Assembly (NCBI GenBank): GCA_050942895.1
Contig: JBMNOE010000004.1
Location: 97,064-161,063, forward strand
Length of the DNA: 64,000 nt
From: Christensenellales bacterium
GTDB taxonomy: Bacteria > Bacillota > Clostridia > Christensenellales > UBA1750
Direction: 5' to 3'
The position numbers and the translations under genes were made by a program. Below the pieces are notes generated by a model that saw only the letters and a list, made by a program, of their open reading frames with translations, made no database searches and was not told the DNA's origin. Shown here in pieces: positions 27,104 through 36,034 of the stretch; position 1 is the stretch's first letter, and the number at the start of each line of letters is the position of its first letter.

Positions 27104-28378
27104 ATGAATTGCAATGAATTCATTAGCAAACTGGATATATATATAGACGGGGAGATGCCCGACAGCGACCTGCCCGAGTTTTTGCAGCACGCAGAAAGCT
27201 GTGATGACTGCTGCACAGCCTTTAAGGAAGCGGTGCTGATCGCAGAGAAAGCGAAGGCGTTGGCGGTGGCTAAGGCTCCTGATGCGCTTTTGGAAAATGT
27301 CATGGCGCAGGTGAAAGAGAGGCCCGCCCAGGTCAGGAAAAAGTGGCCCCTTTACGCAAAGGTGCTTACAGGCGTTGCGGCCTGCCTGCTGGTGTTCGTG
27401 GTGGCATTGGCGTCCCTCAATCCCAACCTGACAAGCCTTGAATACCCAGGTGCGGAGGAATATGGCCGCTATGATTACGACATGAACAGCGCTACCTCCG
27501 GTGGGGGAGCATATGGCGGCAGCGTTCTCATGGGCGGCGAGTCTGCGCCCCAGGCCGCACCTGTGCCGGCGCCGTCGACCGCGTCATCGGCCGCTGATTA
27601 TGCCGAAAAAGGCATTATCCTTCCTCCGGCTGATAACACAACCTCCGCCGAGCATGGTCAGAAGATAATCACAAACGGCAATCTTTCGATGTCGTCCGCC
27701 AACTTTGATGTGGACTCAAAGATGATAGAGGATCTCATCGTAGCAATGGGCGGATACACCCAAAGCTCCTCCATAAGCGGCAAGCCCCTGGACGAAAACC
27801 AGTATTCCTCCGGGCGCTATGGAAGCTACACGGCAAGGATCCCCAGCCACATGTACAGGCAGACTGTTGACCAGCTTAAAGTGCTGGGTGTGCTGGAAAA
27901 CTACAGCGAATACTCTGACGACATCACCTCCCAGTACTACGACACCGTCGCAAGGCTTGAGTCATATCAGCTTCAGTACGACACCATCGAAGGCCTTTTG
28001 ACGAAAGCCGAAGCCCTGGAGGATATTTTAAGAATTCAAACCGAACTGCAGAACCTGCGCTACATGATCGACAGCCTGACAGGCACAATCAAGCAGTGGG
28101 ATTTCCTCACCAGCTATTCCACCCTGGACATCTCCATCCGCGAGGTGGCCGACCCCGCTCTCGTCCGAAGCGTTGATCCTACCCTGGGCGAGAGGATAAA
28201 CGAGAGCTTCATCAGCAGCATAAACAGGCTCATCGAAAACGCTGAGGACTTCGTGGTCTGGCTTTCGGGCTCCATAATAGGGCTGATAATATTTGCGGGA
28301 GCGGTCGTGGCGGTAGTGTTGATAATAAGATCTGCAAAAAAGCGCAGGCTCAAAAAGAGCGGAGAAAAGCAAGGATAG
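27104..28378 (+). CDS. Anti-sigma factor (zf-HC2) fused to DUF4349-like extracytoplasmic domain
   Basis: N-terminal zinc motif H-x3-C-x2-C (LQHAESCDDCC), a TM helix (VLTGVAACLLVFVVALASL), a Gly/Ala/Ser/Pro-rich linker, a coiled-coil DUF4349-like region (LRIQTELQNLRYMIDSLTG ... STLDISIRE) and a C-terminal TM. Immediately downstream of the sigma gene. Confidence 0.8.
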   Translation: MNCNEFISKLDIYIDGEMPDSDLPEFLQHAESCDDCCTAFKEAVLIAEKAKALAVAKAPDALLENVMAQVKERPAQVRKKWPLYAKVLTGVAACLLVFVVALASLNPNLTSLEYPGAEEYGRYDYDMNSATSGGGAYGGSVLMGGESAPQAAPVPAPSTASSAADYAEKGIILPPADNTTSAEHGQKIITNGNLSMSSANFDVDSKMIEDLIVAMGGYTQSSSISGKPLDENQYSSGRYGSYTARIPSHMYRQTVDQLKVLGVLENYSEYSDDITSQYYDTVARLESYQLQYDTIEGLLTKAEALEDILRIQTELQNLRYMIDSLTGTIKQWDFLTSYSTLDISIREVADPALVRSVDPTLGERINESFISSINRLIENAEDFVVWLSGSIIGLIIFAGAVVAVVLIIRSAKKRRLKKSGEKQG

Positions 28379-28415
28379 AAATAACAAACCCGAAACAGCG
28401 TAAAATAACGCAAAA

Positions 28416-28445
28416 GGCCGGAGGGAAATCCCTTCCGGTCTTTTT
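28416..28445 (+). terminator. Terminator of sigma/anti-sigma operon
   Basis: GGCCGGAGGG-AAAT-CCCTTCCGGTC followed by TTTTT. Confidence 0.8.
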
Positions 28446-28454
28446 GCTTAAGAC

Positions 28455-28560
28455 TACGCAGGGGGACCGCCCCTTTGGCCTCCTTATTATTTTTACAACC
28501 GTTATAAAAGTTTGGGTCCAGCTTTTTCAAAAGCTGACGGGGTATGGGGTGGAATCCCAG
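28455..28560 (-). repeat. Intergenic hairpin repeat, copy C (inverted orientation)
   Basis: The reverse complement of 28501-28553 is TCCACCCCATACCCCGTCAGCTTTTGAAAAAGCTGGACCCAAACTTTTATAAC; 41 of the first 45 nt match copy B by hand alignment. Lies between the anti-sigma and perR terminators. Confidence 0.8.
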
Positions 28561-28583
28561 CGCATCTCCGACTTCGACTGCAT

Positions 28584-28613
28584 AACAAAAAGCCCGGAAA
28601 AGTCCGGGCTTTT
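28584..28613 (-). terminator. Terminator of catalase-perR operon
   Basis: Minus strand AGCCCGGA-CTTT-TCCGGGCT followed by TTTTTGTT. Confidence 0.8.
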
Positions 28614-28628
28614 GCAATATGGGGCTTG

Positions 28629-29048
28629 TTATTCGCTCTCTTCGCCGGGAGGAAGGCCCGAATCTTTTTTATCGCGGCAGGAGGGGCAGTAGCCCTCAAA
28701 GACCGTGTTGTGCAAAATGACATCGAAACCGGTTTCCGCAGCAATCTCCTGGTCTAAGGAGGAAAGATAGGGCATGGGCACATCGTGCACGCTGCCACAA
28801 CCTATGCACAGCATATGGTAATGGGGCTTTTTGAGCCAGTCAAACCTATCGACGCCGGGTATGTTCGCCCGCCCGATAGCCTGATCCTCAATCAGCAGCC
28901 GCAGGTTTCTGTATACGGTGCCGCGGCTGATTTTTGGGTGTTTCTTGCTGACTTCCTGATATATTTCCTCCGCTGTGGGATGATCGCGGTGGCTGCGGAC
29001 GGCTTCAAATATTAGCTGCCGCTGTTTGGTGTTGCGTCGCTGCTTCAT
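28629..29048 (-). CDS. perR: Fur family transcriptional repressor, PerR-like
   Basis: RNTKQRQLIFEAVRSHRDHPTAEEIYQEV winged helix, HHML, and two CxxC pairs (CIGCG, CPSCR). Start set at ATG 29048 (MKQRRNTKQR) because the longer track ORF would overlap the catalase gene. Directly downstream of catalase. Confidence 0.85.
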   Translation of the reverse strand: MKQRRNTKQRQLIFEAVRSHRDHPTAEEIYQEVSKKHPKISRGTVYRNLRLLIEDQAIGRANIPGVDRFDWLKKPHYHMLCIGCGSVHDVPMPYLSSLDQEIAAETGFDVILHNTVFEGYCPSCRDKKDSGLPPGEESE

Positions 29049-29101
29049 CTTTCCATTCCCCCGTGAATTCCCCTGCGCTCTTTGCGTGTTTCCGTTCAGT
29101 G

Positions 29102-30604
29102 TCAGGTGGTCGCCTTTATCAGGGCGTTGTTGTCCAGCTTTGAAAGCTCTTTTGCCTTTTCTGTGCAAAGACCCATGGCCTTGGTGACGCGCTCGCCATA
29201 TTCCTCATCCGCCAGATAGCAATGGGCGGCGTGGCGATACTTTACGTTCTCAGTCACCAGAGCGATGTCGGCGGCGGTGTTTTCAACAAGCAGCTTTTTC
29301 TTGTCCTCGGTCAGTATGCGCCACAGATCTCCGCCGGCTCTGAAGTTATCGTCGGAGGGATCATTCTTGGGATCGTAGCGCCAGACAGCGCCCTCGATCT
29401 CAAGGGGCGGCTCGGCCACTTCTGGCTGTGCAGTCCAGTAGCCGGCGCTGTTGGGGGTGTATGCGGGTGCGCCACCATAGTTGCCGTCAACGCGCATTGC
29501 GCCGTCGCGGTGATAATCGTTCACCTCCACCTTTGCCCTGTTGACGGGGATCAGGTTGTGGTTTACGCCCAGGCGGTAGCGCTGCGCATCGCCGTAGGAA
29601 AAGAGCCTGCCCTGGAGGAAGCGGTCTGGCGAGAAGCCGATGCCGGGAACAACATGAGCGGGGGTGAAGGCAGCCTGTTCAACTTCCGCATAAAAGTTTT
29701 CCGGGTTTCGGTTAAGCTCAAGCACGCCCACCTCGATAAGGGGGAACTCCGCCTTGCGCCATATCTTTGTGATGTCAAAGGGATTTTCGTAGTGGTTTTT
29801 CGCCTGCTCCTCGGTCATGATCTGCACGTACATCGTCCACTTGGGGAAATCGCCCTTCTCGATGGCGTCGTAAAGATCCCTGCCGTGATACTCTCTGTCC
29901 TCGCCGTTGATCTTCGCTGCTTCTTCGTTTGTGAGGTTCTTGATGCCCTGCTGGGTCTTGAAGTGGAACTTGCACCAAACGCGCTTGTTGTCATTGTTGT
30001 AGAAGCTGAAGGTGTGCTCGCCGAAGAAATGCATGTTGCGGAAGGAAGCGGGGATGCCCCTGTCGCTCATGACGATGGTGATCTGGTGGAAACACTCGGG
30101 AAGGAGGGTCCAATAGTCCCAGTTGTTCTGGGCGGAGCGCCTGCCGGTGCGCGGATCACGCTTGACGGCGCGGTTGAGGTCGGAGAAGTTGTGGACGTCT
30201 CGGATGAAGAATGTGGGGGTGTTGTTGCCCACCAGATCCCAGTTGCCTTCCTCGGTGTAGAATTTCACGGCAACTCCGCGGATGTCGCGCTCGCAGTCGG
30301 CGGCGCCTCTTTCGCCGGCAACGGTTGAAAAGCGCAGGAAAAGGTCTGTGACGGCGCCGGGCTGCAGAACCTTAGCCCTGGTGTACTGGGAAATGTCATG
30401 GGTGACGGTGAGCTTGCCATAAGCGCCCCAGCCCTTGGCGTGCATGCGCCTTTCGGGAATAACCTCGCGGTTAAAGTGGGCCATCTTTTCCATAAGCCAC
30501 ACATCATGCATGACTACCGGGCCGCGTGGGCCGGCGGTTATTGAATTCTCGTTGTCGGCCACGGGGGCCCCCACCTCGTTGGTCAGTTTTTTACGATCAT
30601 CCAT
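29102..30604 (-). CDS. katA: Monofunctional heme catalase
   Basis: [41 protein letters not shown] and the proximal-Tyr region [14 protein letters not shown]; 500 aa. GGAGG upstream. Confidence 0.95.
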   Translation of the reverse strand: MDDRKKLTNEVGAPVADNENSITAGPRGPVVMHDVWLMEKMAHFNREVIPERRMHAKGWGAYGKLTVTHDISQYTRAKVLQPGAVTDLFLRFSTVAGERGAADCERDIRGVAVKFYTEEGNWDLVGNNTPTFFIRDVHNFSDLNRAVKRDPRTGRRSAQNNWDYWTLLPECFHQITIVMSDRGIPASFRNMHFFGEHTFSFYNNDNKRVWCKFHFKTQQGIKNLTNEEAAKINGEDREYHGRDLYDAIEKGDFPKWTMYVQIMTEEQAKNHYENPFDITKIWRKAEFPLIEVGVLELNRNPENFYAEVEQAAFTPAHVVPGIGFSPDRFLQGRLFSYGDAQRYRLGVNHNLIPVNRAKVEVNDYHRDGAMRVDGNYGGAPAYTPNSAGYWTAQPEVAEPPLEIEGAVWRYDPKNDPSDDNFRAGGDLWRILTEDKKKLLVENTAADIALVTENVKYRHAAHCYLADEEYGERVTKAMGLCTEKAKELSKLDNNALIKATT

Positions 30605-30653
30605 TTTTTTACCTCCTTGTTTATATGTAAACCTTTTTGGTTATTACGCAAAG

Positions 30654-31304
30654 TCACAGTGAAAAAAGCATCGAAAGCATCCATATGTAGGCGATGGTTT
30701 TCGGAAGCATAAGCATGCCCAATTTGGGGTTTTTGCGCGCCCACAGGATGACGGGGGCGTAAAAGGCAAAGCTTAAAAATATTGCAAGCCACATGTGGCG
30801 CAGCCCGGGAAATGCCCCGCCGTATACCGCGAATAAAACGGCCGTCAAAAGCCCCAGGAGCGCGAAGGGAATGTTGCGCCGGATGGCCCAGCTTTGCGGC
30901 TGGCTCTTTGATATCCAGCCGTTTTGGGGAAAAAGGCAGAGGGCTATGCGCAGCAGCGCAAGGGCATATGCCAAGGCCGTCCAGCCCTGCGATACGCCGA
31001 AGCCAAGCTTCAGCCCCAAGTGCCATAATATCAGGTAGAAGACAGTCATTGTGACTGAGGTTATCATCTTGCCCAGGCCCAAAGCCCGGTGAAAGCGCTC
31101 ATTGCCGGAGTCCTTCGATGTTGCCGCGGCAATTCTGGGGGCCAGATGAAAGAAATCTCCCCCCGCCAATGTCAAAGCCGCTGCGCCGGGCAAAACGCCG
31201 GCCGGCCCCTTGCTCTGCAAAAGCACAATGCCCATAATTGCCGCCGTAACAAGATAGGACATATTAAAGATAACCTCGACATATGCAGCCGTTTTTTTGT
31301 TCAT
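30654..31304 (-). CDS. Hypothetical polytopic membrane protein (217 aa)
   Basis: Start set at ATG 31304, which forms an ATGA overlap with the stop of the upstream DUF454 gene. About 6 hydrophobic helices; no family recognised. Confidence 0.6.
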   Translation of the reverse strand: MNKKTAAYVEVIFNMSYLVTAAIMGIVLLQSKGPAGVLPGAAALTLAGGDFFHLAPRIAAATSKDSGNERFHRALGLGKMITSVTMTVFYLILWHLGLKLGFGVSQGWTALAYALALLRIALCLFPQNGWISKSQPQSWAIRRNIPFALLGLLTAVLFAVYGGAFPGLRHMWLAIFLSFAFYAPVILWARKNPKLGMLMLPKTIAYIWMLSMLFSL

Positions 31305-31693
31305 GATGCCACATTCCTGCACAGGCGCTTTCGCTTTGCGCGCGGCTTGGCGATGTGGAGTATATGTACTGTGACACTCACTCCTATTATGGCGAACAGC
31401 GGCAAGGCCCACAATCTTTTCATCATAAAAGCGGACAGGGCCAGCATCGTCCAAAGAAATGCCAAGCTGTAAATGACGGTTTTGCGCTCAAGGCCGTTGC
31501 CCACTTGATAGCTTTCGATATAATCGCGGAAAAACCGTATGCGCATTATTTTCGCCCGCAGATTTGGGCTGGCGCTGAAGCAGGCGGCCGCCAACAGAAC
31601 AAAGGGAGTGGTGGGCCAGATGGGGATCACCAGACCTATGGCGCCGCTGGCCAGAAACAAAAATCCCAATATGGTAAGCGCTATTTTTTTCAT
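31301..31693 (-). CDS. DUF454/YbaN family inner-membrane protein
   Basis: GAIGLVIPIWPTTPFVLLAAACFSASPNLRAKI matches the YbaN signature (LPxLPTTPFLLLAAxCFxRSS); 130 aa. Confidence 0.8.
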   Translation of the reverse strand: MKKIALTILGFLFLASGAIGLVIPIWPTTPFVLLAAACFSASPNLRAKIMRIRFFRDYIESYQVGNGLERKTVIYSLAFLWTMLALSAFMMKRLWALPLFAIIGVSVTVHILHIAKPRAKRKRLCRNVAS

Positions 31694-31759
31694 GCCAATC
31701 TTTCTGTTCTTTCACTCTATTAGGGGAGCATCTTTGCAAATATACAAAGCGCTATTAGG

Positions 31760-31799
31760 TATGATTACTAATAATAGATAAAAAATGTTGATCTGTCAA
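31760..31799 (-). promoter_or_regulatory. Promoter of DUF454-membrane-catalase-perR operon with overlapping Fur-family-type operator
   Basis: Minus strand: TTGACA (31799-31794), 17-nt spacer, TATTAT (31776-31771). The 17-bp inverted repeat TATTATTA-G-TAATCATA (31776-31760, one mismatched pair) covers the -10 and start region. Confidence 0.6.
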
Positions 31800-31834
31800 T
31801 AGTTTTAGACGAATGTAGAAAGAAAAAGAAAAAG

Positions 31835-31871
31835 GAAAAAATCCCTGCAGCAAGGGCTGAGGGATTTTTTT
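31835..31871 (-). terminator. Terminator of metY
   Basis: ATCCCT(G)CAGC-AAGG-GCTGAGGGAT hairpin flanked by an A-run and a T-run, so it is functional in both directions. Confidence 0.8.
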
Positions 31872-31905
31872 AATAGTTTGGGAGTAATTTCTGCGGCGCG
31901 GCGAA

Positions 31906-33186
31906 CTAATCGCCCAGAGCCTGGCTTAAATCATATAGGATGTCGTCGATGTGCTCTGTGCCTATTGATAGCCGAACTGTGCCGGGCTTTATTCCCTGCT
32001 CCAGAAGTTCCTTTTCGTTGAGCTGGGAGTGGGTGGTGGAAGCCGGGTGTATCACCAATGATTTGACATCAGCCACATTTGCCAGCAGTGAAAAGATCTC
32101 CAGCTTGTCGATGAATTCATGGGCCTCTTTTTCGCCGCCCTTTATTTCAAATGTAAAAATGGTGACGCCGCCGTTTGGGAAATATTTCTTGTATAGCCCG
32201 TGATGCGGGTTGTACGGCAGAGAGGGATGGTTCACTGCGGCCACTCTCGGATGGTTTTTAAGGAAATCCACCACCTTGAGTGAGTTTTCCACATGGCGCT
32301 CCACCCGCAGCGACAGGGTTTCAAGGCCCTGCAAAAACAGGAAGGAATGCAGCGGAGCCAGGGTAGCGCCTGTGTCGCGCAGTAGGATCGCCCGTATTTT
32401 TGTCACATAAGCCGCCGGTCCAACGGCTTTCGCAAAGCTGAGCCCGTGATAGCTGGGATTGGGAGCGGTCAGAGAAGGGAATTTCCCGCTCGCTTCCCAG
32501 TCGAACTTTCCGCCGTCCACGATGACTCCGCCGATGGCAGTGCCATGGCCGCCGATAAACTTTGTCGCCGAGTGTACAACGATGTCGGCGCCGTGCTCAA
32601 AGGGCCGCACCAGATAGGGCGTGGCGAATGTGGAGTCAACGATAAGAGGAATTTTGTGCCTGTGAGCCACGTCAGCCACCGCTTGGATGTCTATCAAAGT
32701 GGCGTTAGGGTTGCCTATGGTCTCGATAAAAATGGCCTTTGTCCGTTCATCGATGGCCTTTTCAAAGGCGTTTTCCTCGTCTGCGTCCACAAACTTTGTG
32801 GTGACGCCATATTGGGGCAACGTGTGCTGAAAAAGATTGTATGTGCCTCCATATATGGTCTGCGCTGAGACGATATTGTCGCCGGCGTGGGCGATGTTCA
32901 AAATAGCATATGTCACTGCAGCCGCGCCGGAGGCCACTCCCAGGGCCGCAACGCCGCCTTCCAGGGCTGCGATGCGCTTTTCAAAAACGTCGGTAGTGGA
33001 GTTGGTTAGCCTGCTATATATATTGCCCGCGTCGCTCAGATTGAACCTTGCGGCGGCATGGGCAGAGTTTTTGAAGACATATGATGTCGTCTGATAAATG
33101 GGCACCGCCCTTGCGTCGGAGGCGGGGTCAGGCTGCTCCTGGCCTGCATGCAACTGGATGGTTTCAAACTTGTACTTTCTGCTCAT
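31906..33186 (-). CDS. metY: O-acetylhomoserine aminocarboxypropyltransferase / sulfhydrylase
   Basis: [10 protein letters not shown] ... [11 protein letters not shown] ... [22 protein letters not shown] and the PLP-lysine motif [16 protein letters not shown]; 426 aa. Confidence 0.92.
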   Translation of the reverse strand: MSRKYKFETIQLHAGQEQPDPASDARAVPIYQTTSYVFKNSAHAAARFNLSDAGNIYSRLTNSTTDVFEKRIAALEGGVAALGVASGAAAVTYAILNIAHAGDNIVSAQTIYGGTYNLFQHTLPQYGVTTKFVDADEENAFEKAIDERTKAIFIETIGNPNATLIDIQAVADVAHRHKIPLIVDSTFATPYLVRPFEHGADIVVHSATKFIGGHGTAIGGVIVDGGKFDWEASGKFPSLTAPNPSYHGLSFAKAVGPAAYVTKIRAILLRDTGATLAPLHSFLFLQGLETLSLRVERHVENSLKVVDFLKNHPRVAAVNHPSLPYNPHHGLYKKYFPNGGVTIFTFEIKGGEKEAHEFIDKLEIFSLLANVADVKSLVIHPASTTHSQLNEKELLEQGIKPGTVRLSIGTEHIDDILYDLSQALGD

Positions 33187-33207
33187 AATGAACCCCTTTC
33201 TTCCAGC

Positions 33208-33312
33208 TTATAGCTTTTTTATTGGTGAAAAACGATGAAAACAGCTCATGAGGCTGCACATTCGTTCTTTACCCAAACTATGCGCTGATTTGAAAAGAGT
33301 AATGAAACCCAT
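33208..33312 (-). CDS. Candidate 34-aa upstream small ORF in the metY leader (MGFITLFKSAHSLGKERMCSLMSCFHRFSPIKKL)
   Basis: Below the ORF-track cutoff and found by hand. ATG at 33312 with AAAGGAGG (33328-33321) 8 nt upstream; stop TAA 33210-33208, 21 nt before the metY ATG. No homology evidence. Confidence 0.3.
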   Translation of the reverse strand: MGFITLFKSAHSLGKERMCSLMSCFHRFSPIKKL

Positions 33313-33391
33313 CTAAGTCGCCTCCTTTGGAATTATATAATGTTAATGCCTACTAAACATACAATCTATATAGGAATAATATGTTAAGCAT

Positions 33392-33420
33392 ATTCTACAT
33401 CGCCTTTGTTTCTTTGTCAA
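33392..33420 (-). promoter_or_regulatory. Candidate promoter of metY leader
   Basis: Minus strand: TTGACA (33420-33415), 17-nt spacer, TAGAAT (33397-33392). Gives a ~200-nt leader. An alternative TATAAT at 33337-33332 lacks a good -35. Confidence 0.5.
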
Positions 33421-33512
33421 TAGGGAAATCCATTTCTTGCCTTTGTTTCCTTTGTTTATTAGAGCTTTTAATTCTTTGTCAGGCGTATACTTCAGGCATG
33501 GCTAAGTTTTGC

Positions 33513-33541
33513 TTGCTAACATCGCCGCTGTATGTTATAAT
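33513..33541 (+). promoter_or_regulatory. Promoter of rpsF-ssb-rpsR operon
   Basis: TTGCTA (33513-33518), 17-nt spacer, extended -10 TGtTATAAT (33533-33541). Confidence 0.65.
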
Positions 33542-33620
33542 ACCTGTTGCGTAAATTCCCCCTTGCTCTGCGATAAAAATTTAAGACGCAGGGCCGGAGA
33601 CCATAAGGAGGTGAAACCTG

Positions 33621-33905
33621 ATGTCCAACAAGTACGAAGCAATGTACATTATCGACGCCATAATCGAAGAAGAGGTCCGCAAAGGCCTTATTGAGAGATT
33701 CAGCGCCATCGTGACCGACAACGGCGGCACGATAACCAGCGTCGACGAGTGGGGCAAAAGGCGTTTGGCGTATCCTATCGAGAAGAAAAACGAAGGATAC
33801 TATGTGCTGATGCACTTTGAAGCCGCGCCTGAGCTGCCCAGGGAACTGGAAAGAAATTTCCAGATATCCGAAGATATCATGCGCTATCTTGTCATAAGAA
33901 GATAG
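33621..33905 (+). CDS. rpsF: 30S ribosomal protein S6
   Basis: YEAMYIIDA ... WGKRRLAYPIEKKNEGYYVLMHFEA; AAGGAGGTG upstream; rpsF-ssb-rpsR order. Confidence 0.97.
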   Translation: MSNKYEAMYIIDAIIEEEVRKGLIERFSAIVTDNGGTITSVDEWGKRRLAYPIEKKNEGYYVLMHFEAAPELPRELERNFQISEDIMRYLVIRR

Positions 33906-33952
33906 CTTTCCGTGCACCCAGACGGTGCACAAGACTTTAAAAGGAGTAGAGG

Positions 33953-34393
33953 ATGAATAAGGTAATATTGATAGGCAATCTTACCAGGACACCGGAACTG
34001 AGGGTGACCTCCACCGGCGTTTCTGTATGCAATTTCACGATCGCTGTCAACCGCCGCATCCCCAATGCGCAGGGTGTGCGCGAAGCTGACTTCATCCCTG
34101 TGGTCGCGTGGCGTCAGCTTGCTGAACTTTGCGCCAAATATCTGGACAAGGGGAGGAAATGCGCCGTTGTGGGGCAGATCCAGAACCGCAGCTATGAAAC
34201 AGCAGACGGTCAAAAGCGCTATGTGACAGAGATTTTTGCCGATGAAGTCGAGTTTCTCGACAGGCCGGGTCAGGCCCAGCAGGATTCCGGATCAGGCTAT
34301 GTACCAAACAATTTTCAGCCCCAGGCCGAAGCGCAGCCGACTTTTGGCGGAGAGGGCTTTACCACCGTGGACGACGACGAGCTGCCCTTTTAA
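33953..34393 (+). CDS. ssb: Single-stranded DNA-binding protein
   Basis: MNKVILIGNLTRTPELR OB-fold N-terminus, a Gly/Gln/Pro-rich linker and an acidic tip DDDELPF. Confidence 0.97.
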   Translation: MNKVILIGNLTRTPELRVTSTGVSVCNFTIAVNRRIPNAQGVREADFIPVVAWRQLAELCAKYLDKGRKCAVVGQIQNRSYETADGQKRYVTEIFADEVEFLDRPGQAQQDSGSGYVPNNFQPQAEAQPTFGGEGFTTVDDDELPF

Positions 34394-34441
34394 GGCGGCG
34401 TAGCGTTACGGTTATCTCAATTGAGAAGGAGATGAAAAAAC

Positions 34442-34720
34442 ATGTCCGAGAACAGACAGGAAGGCAGGGACCGCGGCGAGAGAAGCTTTAACAGGCCCCG
34501 TGGCGGCCGCAGGCCCCGCCGTAAGGTGTGCCAGCTTTGCGTGGACAAGGTTCAGCACGTTGAATACACCGACACAAACCGTCTTCGCAAGTTTACATCC
34601 GAGCGCGGCAAGATACTGCCCCGCCGCATGTCCGGCAACTGCGCGAAGCATCAGCGCCAGGTATCCGAGGCGATCAAGCGCGCAAGGCATATCGCCCTTA
34701 TGCCCTACACGTTAGACTGA
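34442..34720 (+). CDS. rpsR: 30S ribosomal protein S18
   Basis: [50 protein letters not shown]; followed by a strong terminator. Confidence 0.97.
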   Translation: MSENRQEGRDRGERSFNRPRGGRRPRRKVCQLCVDKVQHVEYTDTNRLRKFTSERGKILPRRMSGNCAKHQRQVSEAIKRARHIALMPYTLD

Positions 34721-34736
34721 TTGATCATACAGCCCA

Positions 34737-34772
34737 AAAGAGCACGCACAAAGCGTGTTCTTTTTCTTTTTT
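34737..34772 (+). terminator. Terminator of rpsF-ssb-rpsR operon
   Basis: AAAGAGCACGC-ACAAA-GCGTGTTCTTT stem followed by TTCTTTTTT. Confidence 0.85.
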
Positions 34773-34935
34773 CTGCTTGCAGTAAGGATGGGCGTTAAAT
34801 GGAAGCGAACAATTATTGGGTTATGGCCGAAAATTTTTAACTGCTGTTTACATTTATATGGTAAAATAAAATTGGTAAATGAGATGGCGAGTGAATTATC
34901 GCCCGATATGCATTTTTATTTTTAGGAGGAATATT

Positions 34936-35970
34936 ATGTTTTGGATCGCTTTAGCCATAATCGGCGCTGTGGTGGTGTTCATAGCCACGGGAATCAGCAG
35001 CTCCAGGATCGAGAAAACAGATCTTGCGGGCAATGTCAGATATATCAACACCGGCAAATGGAAGCTGAGCAAAAAGAGTCTTCTGGCAATATTACCGCTG
35101 TTCTTAGTAATAGGGGGCTGTATTGCCACGGTGCCTGCCGGCCATACCGGCGTTTTGGTGACCTTCGGCAAGGTGGAAAGCAATATATTGAGCGAGGGTG
35201 TCAGCATGAAGCTGCCTTATCAGGAAGTTATTCTGGTTGATAACCGCGTTCAAAAGATGTCCTTCCAAATGGAAGCCTTCAGCGCCGACATACAGCAGAC
35301 GTCCATCAACGGCTCCATCAACTTCATGATTGATAAGACTCAGTCACAAAATCTCTACAGGAACGTTGGCACCGCTTACTTTGATACCATTATTCTTCCC
35401 CGCATACAGGAGGACGTGAAGCTGGTGTTTTCAAGGTATACGGCTGAAGAGCTGATCGGAATGCGCACAGTGCTTTCAGCGGAGGTGCTGCAGTTGATTG
35501 AAGTTGCGATGCAGCGCTACGGCATACAGATCGCCAGCATTAACCTTGAGGATATAGACTTTACCGACACGTTTACCGACGCTGTCGAGGCAAAGCAGGT
35601 GGCGCAGCAGAGAAAGCTGACCACTCAAACAGAACAGGAGTCTGCCCTGATAATTGCTGAAACAGAGGCGAAAAAGCGTGTTATCGCCGCCCAGGCCGAG
35701 GCTGAGACTGCAATGATATCAGCGGATGCGGCGGCCTACGCGGTGGAGGTTGCGGCAAAGGCCGAGGCGGAGGCCAATAAGATAGTGGCCCAGTCACTTA
35801 CGAGCGAACTTATAGAGTACACAAAAGTGCAGAACTGGGATGGCGCGGTGCCGATGTTCCAGTCCGGCCAGGGGGAGGGCGGCGTATACCCCGTTATCAA
35901 TTTGGAGCAGGGCCAGGGCAGCGCAGGCAACGAAGGCGATGTGAGCAGGGCGGAAGGTTCGGGCGAATAG
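34936..35970 (+). CDS. SPFH/Band 7/prohibitin family membrane protein
   Basis: AGGAGG lies 6 nt upstream of the ATG at 34936. Two N-terminal TM helices, an SPFH core (VPAGHTGVLVTFGKV ... INLEDIDFTDTFTDAVEAKQVAQQ) and an Ala/Glu-rich coiled coil. Confidence 0.85.
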   Translation: MFWIALAIIGAVVVFIATGISSSRIEKTDLAGNVRYINTGKWKLSKKSLLAILPLFLVIGGCIATVPAGHTGVLVTFGKVESNILSEGVSMKLPYQEVILVDNRVQKMSFQMEAFSADIQQTSINGSINFMIDKTQSQNLYRNVGTAYFDTIILPRIQEDVKLVFSRYTAEELIGMRTVLSAEVLQLIEVAMQRYGIQIASINLEDIDFTDTFTDAVEAKQVAQQRKLTTQTEQESALIIAETEAKKRVIAAQAEAETAMISADAAAYAVEVAAKAEAEANKIVAQSLTSELIEYTKVQNWDGAVPMFQSGQGEGGVYPVINLEQGQGSAGNEGDVSRAEGSGE

Positions 35971-36034
35971 GCGCTTGAAAGAAATATCCTAAAAAGCATT
36001 CTGTAAGCCTGTGTGACAGAAAGGAGTCCTTGCG

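Noticed and set aside
28444-28757. Overlapping 80-82-aa ORFs on both strands between the anti-sigma gene and perR
   Set aside because: They run across repeat copy C and two terminator hairpins, lack an RBS and have biased composition. I interpret them as artefacts of the repeat (likewise 25365-25646 over copy A).
29222-30328. 368-aa plus-strand ORF
   Set aside because: It is antisense to the catalase gene, has no recognisable motifs and is a shadow ORF. The same reasoning applies to 9313-10269, 6678-7553, 7680-8423, 1472-2245, 13459-14199, 17846-18460, 35989-36657, 36818-37468, 41458-42012, 50881-51516, 58069-58737 and 5-517.
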